This document shows positions 1 through 10,322 of a stretch of DNA of 64,000 nt, piece after piece. The stretch covers positions 65,976 to 129,975 of the forward strand of contig CAWBAO010000001.1 in the NCBI GenBank assembly GCA_963786945.1, given 5' to 3'. Made by a program: the position numbers and the translations under genes. Below the pieces are notes generated by a model. That model searched no databases. It saw only the letters and a program-made list of their open reading frames with translations, and was not told where the DNA came from. This DNA is from an uncultured delta proteobacterium. Lineage in GTDB: Bacteria; Myxococcota; Myxococcia; Myxococcales; Anaeromyxobacteraceae. Each line of letters opens with the position of its first letter. The first letter of the stretch is position 1.

Positions 1-1
1 C

Positions 2-1147
2 GAGGCCACCCGGAGCGTGACCGACCTGGTGGAGGCGATGCACCACCGCATCGGCGCCGGACCCGACCTCCTCGGCCGCCCGCTGCTCGGCCTCACCCGC
101 CTCTTCACCGCGCCGATCTACGGGGGCATCCGGGGCGTGACCGGGCTGGTGGGCGCCGGCATCGACCGCGCCCTCGCCCAGCTCGCGCCGCTGTCCGGCG
201 AGCGGGCCCCCGGGCCCGAGCGCCAGGCGCTGATCGCCGCGCTCAACGGCGTCCTCGGCGACCACCTGGAAGCGACGGCCAACCCGCTCGCGATCGAGAT
301 GAGGCTGTGCCACGGTGGCCACCCGCTGGAGCTCGAGCGGACCGCCCTGCGGGCGGCCTTCCCCGAGGCCGGCGGCAAGCTCCTCGTCCTGGTCCACGGC
401 TCCTGCCTCGATGACCTGCAGTGGAATCGGCAGGGGCACGACCACGGCGCGGCGCTCGCCCGCGACCTCGGGTTCACGCCCATCTACCTCCACTACAACA
501 GCGGCCTGCACATCTCGACGAACGGGCGCGCCCTCGCCGCGCTGCTCGAGCAGCTCGTCGCCGAGTGGCCGGTGCCGGCCGACGAGCTCGTGATCCTCGC
601 CCACAGCATGGGCGGCCTGGTGTCACGGAGCGCCTGCCACTCCGGGGAGGCCGCGGGCCACGGCTGGCGCCGGCGGCTGCGCGGGCTGGTCTGCCTCGGC
701 TCGCCCCACCACGGCGCGCCGCTCGAGCGCGGCGGCCACTGGGTCGACCTGCTGCTCGGCGTCAGCCGGTACAGCGCCCCGCTGGCGAGGCTCGGGATGA
801 TCCGCAGCGCCGGCGTCACGGACCTGCGCTTCGGCAACGTGCTGGACGAGCACTGGGAGGGGCGGGATCGCTTCGCCCACGCGGGCGACGTCCGCGGCCG
901 GCTGGAGCTGCCCGCCGGCGTGGCGTGCTACGCGATCGCCGCGACGCGGACGCCCCGCGACGCCGGCGGCAGGTACGCCAGCGACGGCCTGGTCCCGGTG
1001 GACAGCGCGCTGGGACGCCACCAGGAGCCGCGGCTCCAGCTCGGCTTCCCCGAGGCGCACCAGTGGATCGGCTTCGGCATGGGCCACCTCGACCTGCTCG
1101 GCCGGGCCGAGGTGTACGCCACCATCCGGGCGTGGCTCTCGCCGTGA
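2..1147 (+). CDS. alpha/beta-fold hydrolase (lipase/esterase-like), probably 5'-truncated at the window edge
   Basis: Track ORF 17..1147 stays open back to nt 2. It has the nucleophile elbow ILAHSMGG (GxSxG) and a VLVHGS HG-type motif. Third codon positions are GC-rich. Confidence 0.75.
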   Translation, partial: EATRSVTDLVEAMHHRIGAGPDLLGRPLLGLTRLFTAPIYGGIRGVTGLVGAGIDRALAQLAPLSGERAPGPERQALIAALNGVLGDHLEATANPLAIEMRLCHGGHPLELERTALRAAFPEAGGKLLVLVHGSCLDDLQWNRQGHDHGAALARDLGFTPIYLHYNSGLHISTNGRALAALLEQLVAEWPVPADELVILAHSMGGLVSRSACHSGEAAGHGWRRRLRGLVCLGSPHHGAPLERGGHWVDLLLGVSRYSAPLARLGMIRSAGVTDLRFGNVLDEHWEGRDRFAHAGDVRGRLELPAGVACYAIAATRTPRDAGGRYASDGLVPVDSALGRHQEPRLQLGFPEAHQWIGFGMGHLDLLGRAEVYATIRAWLSP

Positions 1148-1178
1148 GCCGTCGACGGACGCTCGCCGGGCCGTCCAC

Positions 1179-1652
1179 TCAGCGCGCGGGCGCCTCCCAC
1201 CACGGCCACCCCCCGCGGTGCACCGGCCGCTCCGGGGCGCGGGCGTGCTCGATGATCTCGCCGGCCAGCGTCTGGCTGTGGAGGGCGATGTCGTCGACGC
1301 TCAGCATCCCCACCAGCTGCCGCGCCGAGTCGAAGACCACCGCCCGCCGCACCGCTCGCTCCTCCATGCGCGCCGCGGCCTCGGCCAGGTCCTCGTCGTC
1401 GGCGCACTCGACCACGTACGCGGTCATCGCGCCGCGCACGTTGGCGACCGCGGGGTCGCGCCCGGCCGCGATGGCGCGCACCACGATGTCGCGGTCGGTG
1501 ATGAAGCCGATCACGCGGCCATCCGCGCGGCCGTCGGCGCAGACCACCAGCGCGCCCACGTCGAACTCCCGCATCCGCCGGGCCGCCGCCACCAGCGGCT
1601 CGTCGGGACCGATCGGCTCGACACGTCTCGTCATCGCGTCCCTGACCAGCAT
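1179..1652 (-). CDS. CBS domain pair protein
   Basis: Two CBS-like halves are present (DVGALVVCADG...GFITDRDIV and VRRAVVFDSARQLVGMLSVDDI). The ATG at 1652 is preceded by AGGAGG. The upstream 60 codons of track ORF 1179..1832 look non-coding. Confidence 0.85.
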   Translation of the reverse strand: MLVRDAMTRRVEPIGPDEPLVAAARRMREFDVGALVVCADGRADGRVIGFITDRDIVVRAIAAGRDPAVANVRGAMTAYVVECADDEDLAEAAARMEERAVRRAVVFDSARQLVGMLSVDDIALHSQTLAGEIIEHARAPERPVHRGGWPWWEAPAR

Positions 1653-1878
1653 GGCCTCACCTCCTGGCGCCCCGCGCCTCGAGCGCCCGCTTCCGGCTGG
1701 ATCCTGACGCCGGCCGCCGGCCTCGGCCTGCCCCTTCCGCGCCTCGCGTTGGGGCGACTCGAAGGCCTGAGCGCACCGGGCGCGCTTGCTTGCCCCGTCC
1801 GCCGGCGCCGCCCCTTCCGGGCCGCCCGGCAACCGCGTGCGCCGCCTAGACTGCGGGCACTCGCCGGCGGGAGGTCAC

Positions 1879-2880
1879 ATGCCAAAGCTCCGCTCTGTCG
1901 CGCTCCTGGTCGCCTCGCTCCTCGCGCTCGGTCCACCGGCCGACGCCCAGGAGCCGATCCAGGGAGCCGTGGACGCCGCCTGGGCGAAGTACCGGGCCCT
2001 CGACGAGGGCAAGAACGCCGACTACATCCCGGCCCTCGCCAAGGTCGACCCCAGGCTCTTCGGCATCGCCCTGGTCACCGTGGACGGGAAGGTCTTCAAG
2101 AAGGGGGACGTGGCCTCCCCGTTCTCGATCCAGTCGATCTCCAAGGTCTTCACGCTGGCCAGCGCGCTCGAGACGGCCGGGGACGAGGCCGTCCTGGAGA
2201 AGGTCGGCGTGGACGCGACCGGGCAGGTCTTCAACTCCATCGTGGCCATCGAGCAGCACCGGGGGCAGGAGATGAACCCCTTCGTGAACCCCGGCGCCAT
2301 CGCCACCACCAGCCTGGTGGCGGGGAAGACCCCGGAGGAGAAGTGGGCGCGGATCATCGGGATCCACGAGGCCTTCGCCGGACGGAAGCTCGAGGTGAAC
2401 CAGGAGGTCTACAGGTCGGAGTCCGACACCAACGAGCGGAACCGCGCCATCGCCGTGCTCATGCACGCCTACGGGCGGCTCTACGACGACCCCCTCGTGA
2501 CCACCGACCTCTACACGCGCCAGTGCTCCATCTCGGTCACCGCGTCGGACCTGGCGACGATGGCCGCCACGCTCGCCAACGGGGGCAAGAACCCCATCAC
2601 CGGGAAGCAGGTGATCGCCCAGGAGCACGTGCAGCGCGTCCTGGCCGTCATGGCCACCGCCGGCCTCTACGACGACTCGGGCATCTGGCTCTACCGGGTC
2701 GGGCTGCCGGCCAAGAGCGGCGTGGGCGGGGGCCTCATCGCCGTGGCCCCCGGCCGCTTCGGGATCGCCGCCTTCTCGCCACCGCTCGACGCGGCGGGGA
2801 ACAGCGTGCGCGCCCAGAAGGCCATCCGGGACGTGGCGGCGGCGCTCCACGCCAGCCCCTACGACGTGAAGCCCAGGTAG
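1879..2880 (+). CDS. glsA: glutaminase A with N-terminal signal peptide
   Basis: Glutaminase signatures are present (ADYIPALAKVDP, FSIQSISKVFT, NPFVNPGAI, SGVGGG). The ATG at 1879 follows GGGAGG. The N-terminus is hydrophobic and ends in ADAQ. Confidence 0.95.
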   Translation: MPKLRSVALLVASLLALGPPADAQEPIQGAVDAAWAKYRALDEGKNADYIPALAKVDPRLFGIALVTVDGKVFKKGDVASPFSIQSISKVFTLASALETAGDEAVLEKVGVDATGQVFNSIVAIEQHRGQEMNPFVNPGAIATTSLVAGKTPEEKWARIIGIHEAFAGRKLEVNQEVYRSESDTNERNRAIAVLMHAYGRLYDDPLVTTDLYTRQCSISVTASDLATMAATLANGGKNPITGKQVIAQEHVQRVLAVMATAGLYDDSGIWLYRVGLPAKSGVGGGLIAVAPGRFGIAAFSPPLDAAGNSVRAQKAIRDVAAALHASPYDVKPR

Positions 2881-2931
2881 CGGCCCCGCTCACCGGCCCG
2901 GGCCCGAGGTGGCCCTGCTACAATCCCGGCG

Positions 2932-3834
2932 ATGAGCCCTGAGCCCGAGGTGGCCGCCGCGGCCGAGGCGCTGCAGTCCGCACGCGCCCTGGTGGTCACC
3001 GCCGGCGCCGGCATGGGCGTCGACTCGGGCCTGCCCGACTTCCGCGGGGACCAGGGCTTCTGGAAGGCCTACCCGCCCTACGAACGGCTCGGCATCTCCT
3101 TCGTCGAGGCCGCCAACCCCTCCGGGTTCGAGGGGGATCCCGAGTTCGGGTGGGGCTTCTACGGGCACCGGCTGGGGCTCTACCGGGCCACCGTGCCGCA
3201 TCGCGGCTTCTCCATCCTCAGGTCCTGGATCGATTCGCTCGGCCTCGAGTGCTTCGTGGTCACCTCCAACGTGGACGGGCAGTTCCAGGCGGCCGGGTTC
3301 GATCCCGAGCGGATCCACGAGGTGCACGGCTCCATCCACCACCTGCAGTGCACCACGCCGTGCTCGGACGCCATCTGGCCCAACCGGGAGGAGGTCCCGG
3401 TCGACCTCGGCACCATGCGCGCGCTCCACGTGCCGCGCTGTCCCCGCTGCGGGGAGGTGTCGCGCCCCAACATCCTCATGTTCGGCGACTGGGCGTGGCT
3501 GGCCGACCGGTCGCACGGGCAGCAGCGGGCCTTCGAGGCCTGGCTCGCCGGGCTGGGCGACGCGCCGCTCGCCGTGGTGGAGCTGGGCGCCGGCAGCGCC
3601 ATCCCCACCATCCGCATGCTGACCGAGCGGCTGGGGCGGCGAGGCGGCGCCAGGTGCATCCGCATCAACCCGCGCGAGCCCGACATCGAGGCGCCTCACC
3701 TGTCGCTGGCCACGGGCGCGCTCGACGGGGTGGCGGCGATCGACGGGGCACTCGGCCAGCTGGCGTCGCGAGCCGGCCCTCAGCAATCGCTGACGCCCCT
3801 CCAGGCGCGTCACCCCAGGGGCGGCGCCGGGTAA
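2932..3834 (+). CDS. SIR2-family NAD-dependent protein deacylase
   Basis: It has the GAGMGVDSGLPDFRG Rossmann/NAD motif, the catalytic HG (EVHGS) and a Zn ribbon (CTTPC...CPRC). Confidence 0.9.
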   Translation: MSPEPEVAAAAEALQSARALVVTAGAGMGVDSGLPDFRGDQGFWKAYPPYERLGISFVEAANPSGFEGDPEFGWGFYGHRLGLYRATVPHRGFSILRSWIDSLGLECFVVTSNVDGQFQAAGFDPERIHEVHGSIHHLQCTTPCSDAIWPNREEVPVDLGTMRALHVPRCPRCGEVSRPNILMFGDWAWLADRSHGQQRAFEAWLAGLGDAPLAVVELGAGSAIPTIRMLTERLGRRGGARCIRINPREPDIEAPHLSLATGALDGVAAIDGALGQLASRAGPQQSLTPLQARHPRGGAG

Positions 3835-3910
3835 GGACCGGTCCCATGGCCCTGTCCACCGCGGCGGCCGGCGGTCCCCTGGCACTGGCCCCGCTGATGC
3901 GGGATCGGCC

Positions 3911-4816
3911 TTGAGCCGCCCGGCGCCTCGCCGTCTCGAGACCGCGCTGCTGACCGCGGCCACGCTGGTCGCCTTCGCCTTCAACTCCATCCTCACCCGC
4001 CTGGCGCTGGGCCGGGGGACCATCGACGCCGCCGGGTTCACCGCGGTCCGGCTCGCCGCCGGCGCGCTGGTCCTGGCGGTGCTGGCCCGCGGGGCCGCGG
4101 GCTCCTGGCGACCGCTGCGCCCACGGGGGCTGGTGGGTCCACTGACCCTCTTCGCCTATGCCGCGCCCTTCTCCTTCGCCTACCTGCGCATCGGCGCGGC
4201 GACCGGGGCCCTGGCGCTCTTCGGGACGGTGCAGCTCACCATGATCGGATGGGACGTGGCACACGGGGCGCGCCCGGCGGCGCGCACCTGGCTGGGGATC
4301 ATCCTCGCCATGCTCGGGCTCTCGGCGCTCACGCTGCCGGCGGCCGGCCGGCCGGATCCGCTCGGCCTCCTGCTCATGGTGGTGGCGGGCGTGGCCTGGG
4401 CCGCGTACTCGCTCCAGGGCCGGCGCGCCACCGATCCGCTGGCGGCCAACGCGCGGGCGTTCCTCTGGAGCCTCCCGCTGGCGCTCCTGCTCGCCGCCGT
4501 CACCGCCGGCCCGGCCGCCTGGAGCGGCGGCGGGCTGGCGCTGGCCGCCACCTCGGGAGCCGTGACCTCTGGGCTCGGCTACGCCGTCTGGTATCGCGCG
4601 CTCCAGGGGCTGACGGCCACCCGGGCCGCCATCGTCCAGCTCGGCGTCCCCGTCATCGCGGCGCTGTCCGCGGTGGCGCTGCTCGGCGAGTCGCTCGACC
4701 TCCGCCTGGTCTCGAGCGGCGTCATGGTGATCGGCGGGGTGGCCCTGGCCCTCACCGCCCGACCCGGGCGCTCCCGCGCCGACGCCGGCCGGCCCGTGCC
4801 GGGCCTCGAGTCCTAG
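3911..4816 (+). CDS. DMT/EamA-family transporter
   Basis: About 10 hydrophobic helices form two EamA-like halves. The TTG start is uncertain. Confidence 0.8.
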   Translation: MSRPAPRRLETALLTAATLVAFAFNSILTRLALGRGTIDAAGFTAVRLAAGALVLAVLARGAAGSWRPLRPRGLVGPLTLFAYAAPFSFAYLRIGAATGALALFGTVQLTMIGWDVAHGARPAARTWLGIILAMLGLSALTLPAAGRPDPLGLLLMVVAGVAWAAYSLQGRRATDPLAANARAFLWSLPLALLLAAVTAGPAAWSGGGLALAATSGAVTSGLGYAVWYRALQGLTATRAAIVQLGVPVIAALSAVALLGESLDLRLVSSGVMVIGGVALALTARPGRSRADAGRPVPGLES

Positions 4817-4832
4817 TGCCCCACCCCAGGCA

Positions 4833-5798
4833 CTACCGCTCCACCGTCGCCATCAGGGCCGGCAGGTAGCGGTCGCCCGCCACGCGCCCGGCCAGCGGCT
4901 CCAGGTCGGCCAGGTCCTCGGGGAGGAGGACCAGGTCGAGGGCGCCGAGGTTCTCGTCGAGCCGGGCCCGGCGCCGGGTCCCGGGGATGGGGACCACGTC
5001 CTCGCCCCGGGCCAGGACCCAGGCCAGCGCCACCTGGGCGGGCGTGGCGCCCTTCCGGGCGGCGACGCGGCGGATCACCTCGAGGATGGCCTGGTTGGCC
5101 CTGGCGTTCTCCGCCGCGAAGCGCGGGACGTTGTGGCGGAAGTCCCCGGGCTCCAGCTCGCGCTCGTCCTTGAAGGAGCCGGCCAGGAAGCCGCGCCCCA
5201 GCGGGCTGAAGGGCACGAAGCCGACGCCCAGCTCCCGGCAGGTCGGCAGGATCCGCTCCTCGACGCCCCGCTCGAAGACCGAGTACTCGCTCTGCAGCGC
5301 GGCGATGGGGTGGACCTGGTGGGCGCGGCGCAGCGTGTCCGGGCCGACCTCGGACAGGCCGAGGAAGCGGACCAGCCCGTCCTCCACCAGCCGCTTCATG
5401 CCGCCCACCGACTCCTCGATGGGCACCTTCGGGTCCTTGCGGTGGAGGTAGAAGAGATCGATGACGTCGACCGAGAGGCGCCGCAGCGACGCCTCGGCCG
5501 CGCGCCGGGCGTTGGCCGGGCTCCCGTCGGCGCCGCCGTGGATGCCGAACTTGGTGGCCAGGACCACCTGCTCCCGCCGCCCCCGGATGGCCTTGCCGAC
5601 CAGCACCTCGTTGGTGAACGGCCCATAGACCTCGGCGGTGTCGAGCAGCGTGACGCCGCGGTCGAGCGCACGCTGGATGGTGGCGATGCCCTCCGCCTCG
5701 TCCACCTCCTCGGGGCGCACGTAGCCGTGGGTCATGCCCATGCAGCCGAGCCCCATGGCCCCCACCTCCAGCCCCCCGCCGAGCCGCCTGGTCTTCAT
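4833..5798 (-). CDS. aldo/keto reductase
   Basis: This is the C-terminal 321 aa of track ORF 4833..7247, with AKR motifs (LGCMGM, LDTAEVYG, ATKFG, DLFYLHR, IPGTRR). The ATG at 5798 is preceded by GGGAGG. The upstream 480 aa are R/G/P-rich shadow. Confidence 0.95.
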   Translation of the reverse strand: MKTRRLGGGLEVGAMGLGCMGMTHGYVRPEEVDEAEGIATIQRALDRGVTLLDTAEVYGPFTNEVLVGKAIRGRREQVVLATKFGIHGGADGSPANARRAAEASLRRLSVDVIDLFYLHRKDPKVPIEESVGGMKRLVEDGLVRFLGLSEVGPDTLRRAHQVHPIAALQSEYSVFERGVEERILPTCRELGVGFVPFSPLGRGFLAGSFKDERELEPGDFRHNVPRFAAENARANQAILEVIRRVAARKGATPAQVALAWVLARGEDVVPIPGTRRRARLDENLGALDLVLLPEDLADLEPLAGRVAGDRYLPALMATVER

Positions 5799-5873
5799 GG
5801 AACCTCCCGTCCCTCCCCTGTATATCGGAGGAGGCGCCCGCCGGCCGCGGCGCCGCACATCCTCTCCAGGAGA

Positions 5874-6908
5874 ATGACCTTGCCGACACTCCAGGTGGCG
5901 CTCCTCGAGGGCTGCGAACCGGCGCGCTTCGCCCGCGTCGAGGCCGGGCTCCTGGCGCGGGGCCATCCGCTGCCCATCCTGGTGATCGCACGGCTCACGG
6001 CGCCCGCGCTCCTGCTGGGGCGGCACCAGCGGGCGGCCAGCGCGATCGACCTGGCGGCCGCCCGGGCCCGGGGCCTGCCGGTGATGCGTCGCGCCGGCGG
6101 CGGCCGCACCCTGCTGGTGGGCGAGGGAACCGTCGGCCTCTTCCTGCACACGCCTCCCGGGATGCCGCTCTCGGCGGCGCCGTTCCCGCCCGACCGGACC
6201 ACCAACCGCTACGTCCGCGGGCTGCTGGCGGCGCTCCGCAGCCTGGGGGCGCGGCAGGCCGCCTGGTTCGGGCGGGACTTCGTGTCGGCCGGCGGGAGGC
6301 AGCTGGCCGCGGTCTCGCAGGAGGCGACGCCGGACGGCGCGGTGGCGCTGGAGGCCCTGCTCTCGGTCTCGCGCCCGCTCCAGCCACCCCCGGAGCTGCT
6401 GCGCGCCAGGCCCCACTCGGATCCCCGGGCCGGCGGCCCGGCCCCGGTGTCGCTGGCGGAGCTGGCGACCCGGACCCCCGGCTTCGACGAGGTGGCCGCC
6501 GCCCTCATGGCCGGCTGGGGTGGGGCCGGGGGGCCGGAGCCCGAGCCGGTCGACGGCGAACTCCCCGAGGCGGAGCTGCCACCGGCCGAGGAGGACGAGG
6601 CCGGACTCTCGGCCAGCGGCCCCGTCGAGATCCCCATCGGCTTCCTGGAGGCGCTCACCGCCGCGGCCTCGGGGCGGCTGGTCGGGCCTCGCCTGCGCGG
6701 CGACTTCATCGCCCCGGCCACGGCCGTGGCCGCCCTGGAGGGCTCGCTCGACGGGGCGCCGATCGACGCGGCCGAGGTGGGCCGCCGGGTCAACGAGGCC
6801 TTCCACGGACCGGGCGCCTTCATCCAGGGCGTGATGGAGCTCGACGCGGTGGCGCGCGCCGTGCTGGCCGCCGGCCGGCTCGCCGCCGGGAGCACCGGGG
6901 TGGCCTGA
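5874..6908 (+). CDS. lipoate/biotin protein ligase (BPL/LplA)-family protein, divergent
   Basis: This is the in-frame tail of ORF 5133..6908. It resembles the LplA/LipB catalytic core (LLLGRHQ...VMRRAGGGRTLLVGEGTVGLFL). The ATG at 5874 follows AGGAG. Confidence 0.7.
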   Translation: MTLPTLQVALLEGCEPARFARVEAGLLARGHPLPILVIARLTAPALLLGRHQRAASAIDLAAARARGLPVMRRAGGGRTLLVGEGTVGLFLHTPPGMPLSAAPFPPDRTTNRYVRGLLAALRSLGARQAAWFGRDFVSAGGRQLAAVSQEATPDGAVALEALLSVSRPLQPPPELLRARPHSDPRAGGPAPVSLAELATRTPGFDEVAAALMAGWGGAGGPEPEPVDGELPEAELPPAEEDEAGLSASGPVEIPIGFLEALTAAASGRLVGPRLRGDFIAPATAVAALEGSLDGAPIDAAEVGRRVNEAFHGPGAFIQGVMELDAVARAVLAAGRLAAGSTGVA

Positions 6909-6953
6909 GCCGAGGGGGCGCGTTCCTTTCCTCCCGGGTCCTTTGATGCCAGC

Positions 6954-7559
6954 ATGCTCGCCGTGCCCGAGCCGCTGGTCCGTGCCCGTCACCTGAAGAG
7001 CGTGCTCGCCGCCGTGGACCGGCAGCCGCGGCGGCAGGAGCTGCATGCCCGGATCGGGGCGACCCTGGTGGCCGCCATCGAGGAGGCAGCCGGCACCGAC
7101 TGGCTGCCGATCGGCCACGACGTGGCCATGGCCGGCGCGCTGGAGGCGGTCCTCGGCCCGGAGGGGCTGGCCACCTTCAACCGCGAGATGATGCTGCAGT
7201 CGCTGCGCGGGCCGCTGCTGCGCTCCCTGGTGGACCTGGCCACCCACTTCCTCGGGCTCGACGCCGGGGCCTGGGCCAGCTGGATCCCCAGGGGCTGGGT
7301 GCTCATGTTCCAGGGGTTCGGCCGCTGGACCATCGTCCGGCGCGGCGAGGGCGAGGTGATGCTGACGCTGGCCGAGCTGCCGCCGGTGTGCGCCGCGGAT
7401 CCCGTCTGGCCCCGCTCGGTCGCGAGCACCCTCTCGGGCGTCCTGCCCGCGGTGGGCGCCACGGGGACGGTGGAGCTGGACTCGGTCGACCCGCTGCAGG
7501 GGATCGCCGTCTACACCATGCGCTGGCGGGCGGGCCGGCCGGCGCCCCCCGGCGCGTAG
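6954..7559 (+). CDS. hypothetical protein, distant paralog of 42850..43485
   Basis: It shares blocks with the second copy (EP.VRA.HLK, AIEEAA...LP, PRGW, G.VEL). It has good GC3 and no recognisable catalytic motif. Confidence 0.55.
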   Translation: MLAVPEPLVRARHLKSVLAAVDRQPRRQELHARIGATLVAAIEEAAGTDWLPIGHDVAMAGALEAVLGPEGLATFNREMMLQSLRGPLLRSLVDLATHFLGLDAGAWASWIPRGWVLMFQGFGRWTIVRRGEGEVMLTLAELPPVCAADPVWPRSVASTLSGVLPAVGATGTVELDSVDPLQGIAVYTMRWRAGRPAPPGA

Positions 7560-7586
7560 GCGGCAAGCGGCGCGGCGCCCCGGCGC

Positions 7587-8138
7587 TCACCCGCCGTCGT
7601 GCTCGAGCTCGCCCTGCCAGTACTCGAAGTCGCGGAAGAACTGCCTCCAGGACGGGGGTGCGTCGGGGCGGAACAGGAAGGTGAGCCGCAGCGCCTCCGG
7701 CAGCCACTTCGGCTTCTCCGGCACCGCGACCAGGCGCAGGCCCGCCTGGTCCGGCGTCCGACCGCCCTTCCGCTGGTTGCAGGGCGAGCAGGCGATGACG
7801 ACGTTCTCCCAGGTGGTGGCCCCGCCCAGCGACCGGGGGATGACGTGATCGTAGGTGGCCTGGGGCCGGGAGACCTTGTGGCCGCAGTACTGGCAGCGCC
7901 CCTTGTCCCTCGCGAAGACGTTCTCGCGGGAGAACTTCACCGCCTGCTTCCGGTGGTGGAACTTGCGCAGGAACCGGATGACGCTGGGGACCTTGATCTC
8001 CAGCGTGACCGAGCGGACCCGGCGGTCCTCGTACTCCTCGACGACCTCGACCTTGCCGAGCCAGACCAGGGTCACGGCCCGCTGCCACGGCACGTGGGCG
8101 ACGGGCACGTAGGCGGATGACAGGACCAGGGTGTCCAT
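7587..8138 (-). CDS. HNH endonuclease
   Basis: It has a CQYCG...HVIP...[16 protein letters not shown]/Zn-finger core. The ATG at 8138 lies 7 nt from AGGAG. A GTG at 8144 is an alternative start. Confidence 0.9.
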   Translation of the reverse strand: MDTLVLSSAYVPVAHVPWQRAVTLVWLGKVEVVEEYEDRRVRSVTLEIKVPSVIRFLRKFHHRKQAVKFSRENVFARDKGRCQYCGHKVSRPQATYDHVIPRSLGGATTWENVVIACSPCNQRKGGRTPDQAGLRLVAVPEKPKWLPEALRLTFLFRPDAPPSWRQFFRDFEYWQGELEHDGG

Positions 8139-8213
8139 CGCCACGCTCCTCTCGAGGGTGACGATGGTACCCCAGCGTGGCGCCTCGGTGCCGCCCCCGG
8201 GCCGCCGGTCCCG

Positions 8214-10322
8214 TCAGGCCTCCCGGATCGGCAGCCGCCGGACCCGCCTGCCGGTGGCCGCGAAGAGGGCGTTGGCCACGGCCGGCGCCAGGGGTGGCAG
8301 CCCGGGCTCGCCGATGCCGCCCGGCGGCTCCCGGCTCGGCACCAGGTGCACCTCGACGGCCGGCATCTCGTGGATGCGGAGCGGCTCCTGGTCGTCGAAG
8401 TTGCCCTGCACCACGGCGCCCCGGGCAAGCGTGATCTCCCCGCGCAGGACGGCGGAGAGGCCGTAGGCGATGGCCCCCTCCACCTGGTGCTCGACGCTGT
8501 CCGGGTTGAGCGCGACGCCGAGATCGACGGCGGCCACCACCCGGTGGACCCGGAGGCGCCCCTTCTCGACCGACACCTCCGCCACCTCGGCCACGTGGCT
8601 GCCGAAGGAGGTGTGGCAGGCGATGCCACGGCCGTGCCCCTGCGGCAGCGCCCTCCCCCAGCCGGCCTTCTCGGCGGCGAGCTGCAGGGCCCCCCGCAGC
8701 CGGTGGCCCGCCGGCAGGTGCTCCAGCCGGAAGGCGAGCGGATCCTTCCCGGCGGCCGCCGCCAGCTCGTCGATGAAGCACTCCTCGGGGAAGGCGTTCT
8801 GCGAGGCGTAGACCGAGCGCCACCAGCCGAACCGGAGCCCCACCTCCGGCATGGCGGCCTCCACCCGGATCGCCCCCGCGCCGTAGGGGAAGCCGATGGC
8901 CCCCTCCAGGACGTCGGGCGAGCCGCCCCCCCTGGCCGCCGCGCCGAAGAGCTGCTTGCCGATGGAGGGCGTCCGCACCCGGTGGTGCCACGCCACCAGC
9001 CGGCCGGCGGCGTCGAGCCCGGCCCGCAGCTCGTTGCGCCCGGCCGGGCGGTAGTAGTCGTGGCGCATGTCGTCCTCGCGCGTCCAGACCACCTGCACCG
9101 GCTCGCCGACCGCCTTCGACACCAGCGCCGCCTCCACCGGGACGTCGGTCATGGAGCGCCGGCCGAACCCGCCGCCCAGGAAGGTGACGTGGACCTTGAC
9201 CTTCTCCGGCTCGAGGCCCAGCGCCCTGGCGACGTCCGACTGCGCCCAGGTCGGCGCCTGGGTCGGCGCCCAGAGCTCGGCCGAGCCCGCGCGCACGTGG
9301 GCCGTGCAGTTCATCGGCTCCATGGTGGCGTGGGCCAGCAGCGGCAGCTCGTAGGTGGCCTCGAGCCGCCTGGCCGCGGCGGCCAGCGCCTCCTCCAGCT
9401 GCCCCTCGCTGCGCGCCGGTGACTTCTCCAGCGGCGCCTCGGCGAGCAGCCGCTGCAGCGCGGCCGAGTCGAGCGCGCCGTTCGGCCCGGCCTCGAAGGT
9501 GGCCGCCAGCGCCTCGCGCCCCTGGAGCGCCGCCCAGGTCGAGTCGGCCACCACGGCGACGCCGCTCGGCACCTCGACGACGTGGCGCACGCCCGGCACC
9601 TTCCTGGCCCGGGCGGCGTCGAAGCTCGCCACCGTGCCACCTACCACCGGCGGGCGGGCCACCACGGCGAAGCGCAGGCCGGGGACGCGGACGTCGATGC
9701 CGAAGCGGGCGCGTCCCCGGACCTTGTCGGGCGTGTCGAGCCGGGGCACCTTCGTGCCGATGAGCCGCCAGTCCTTCGGGTCCTTGAGCGGCGGGTTGGG
9801 CGGGACCGCCTCCCTGGAGGCGGCGGCCGCCAGCGCGCCGTAGCCGAGCTTCCGGCCCGTCGGGCCGTGGATCACGAAGCCCTGGTCGGCCCGGCAGGTG
9901 GCGCGGTCCACGCCCCATTGCCTGGCGGCGGCCGACACCAGCATCTCCCGGGCGGTCGCGCCGGTCCGGCGGAGCGGGTCGAAGAACTGGCGCACGCTGC
10001 GCGAGCCCCCGGTGCTCATCGGGCCGAACCGCTTCACGTCGGCGTCGGCCTGCACCACCCGGACGCGCTTCCAGTCGGCCTCCAGCTCCTCCGCCACCAG
10101 CACCGCCATCCCGGTGAAGGTCCCCTGGCCCATCTCCGACTTGGCGAGGAAGACCGTCACCGCGCCGGCCGGATCGACGCGCAGGTAGGCGTCGGGCTCG
10201 AACGCGGCCGGCTCGGCCGCCTCGGCGCTGGAGGGGAGGTGGAGCCCGAGCCACAGGCCCGCGCCCGTCCCGGCCGTGACCTTGAGGAAGTCGCGGCGGC
10301 TCAGCTTGCGGATGGCGGTCAT
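8214..10322 (-). CDS. molybdopterin-dependent oxidoreductase large subunit (IorB / aldehyde oxidase family) with Tat signal
   Basis: This is the in-frame tail of ORF 8214..10862. It has an SRRDFLK twin-arginine motif and a xanthine-dehydrogenase-family Mo-binding region. Its ATG at 10322 overlaps the stop of the upstream 2Fe-2S gene (ATGA). Confidence 0.92.
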   Translation of the reverse strand: MTAIRKLSRRDFLKVTAGTGAGLWLGLHLPSSAEAAEPAAFEPDAYLRVDPAGAVTVFLAKSEMGQGTFTGMAVLVAEELEADWKRVRVVQADADVKRFGPMSTGGSRSVRQFFDPLRRTGATAREMLVSAAARQWGVDRATCRADQGFVIHGPTGRKLGYGALAAAASREAVPPNPPLKDPKDWRLIGTKVPRLDTPDKVRGRARFGIDVRVPGLRFAVVARPPVVGGTVASFDAARARKVPGVRHVVEVPSGVAVVADSTWAALQGREALAATFEAGPNGALDSAALQRLLAEAPLEKSPARSEGQLEEALAAAARRLEATYELPLLAHATMEPMNCTAHVRAGSAELWAPTQAPTWAQSDVARALGLEPEKVKVHVTFLGGGFGRRSMTDVPVEAALVSKAVGEPVQVVWTREDDMRHDYYRPAGRNELRAGLDAAGRLVAWHHRVRTPSIGKQLFGAAARGGGSPDVLEGAIGFPYGAGAIRVEAAMPEVGLRFGWWRSVYASQNAFPEECFIDELAAAAGKDPLAFRLEHLPAGHRLRGALQLAAEKAGWGRALPQGHGRGIACHTSFGSHVAEVAEVSVEKGRLRVHRVVAAVDLGVALNPDSVEHQVEGAIAYGLSAVLRGEITLARGAVVQGNFDDQEPLRIHEMPAVEVHLVPSREPPGGIGEPGLPPLAPAVANALFAATGRRVRRLPIREA

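Noticed and set aside
2919-2934. TACAAT located 7 nt upstream of the Sir2 ATG, suggesting a leaderless transcript.
   Set aside because: There is no convincing -35 element (GCCCGG at the expected distance), and a single hexamer in 64 kb can occur by chance. Judging it would need TSS mapping.
4833-7247. An 804-aa ORF that would fuse about 480 extra N-terminal residues onto the aldo/keto reductase.
   Set aside because: The extension is antisense to the LplA-like and hypothetical genes and is low-complexity. The AKR homology begins exactly at the ATG at 5798, which has a GGGAGG SD.
7587-8138. The HNH endonuclease as a marker of a mobile element or restriction/defence island.
   Set aside because: It has no adjacent methyltransferase, integrase, transposase, repeats or compositional change visible by eye. 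Stand-alone HNH proteins of about 185 aa of this type are common conserved chromosomal genes.
7303-10254. A 983-aa ORF, along with many other ORFs of 100-360 aa between 8070 and 11360.
   Set aside because: It is R/G/P/A-rich with no motifs and lies out of frame over the clearly recognisable IorB-type Mo-subunit and 2Fe-2S genes. This is a typical high-GC shadow ORF.
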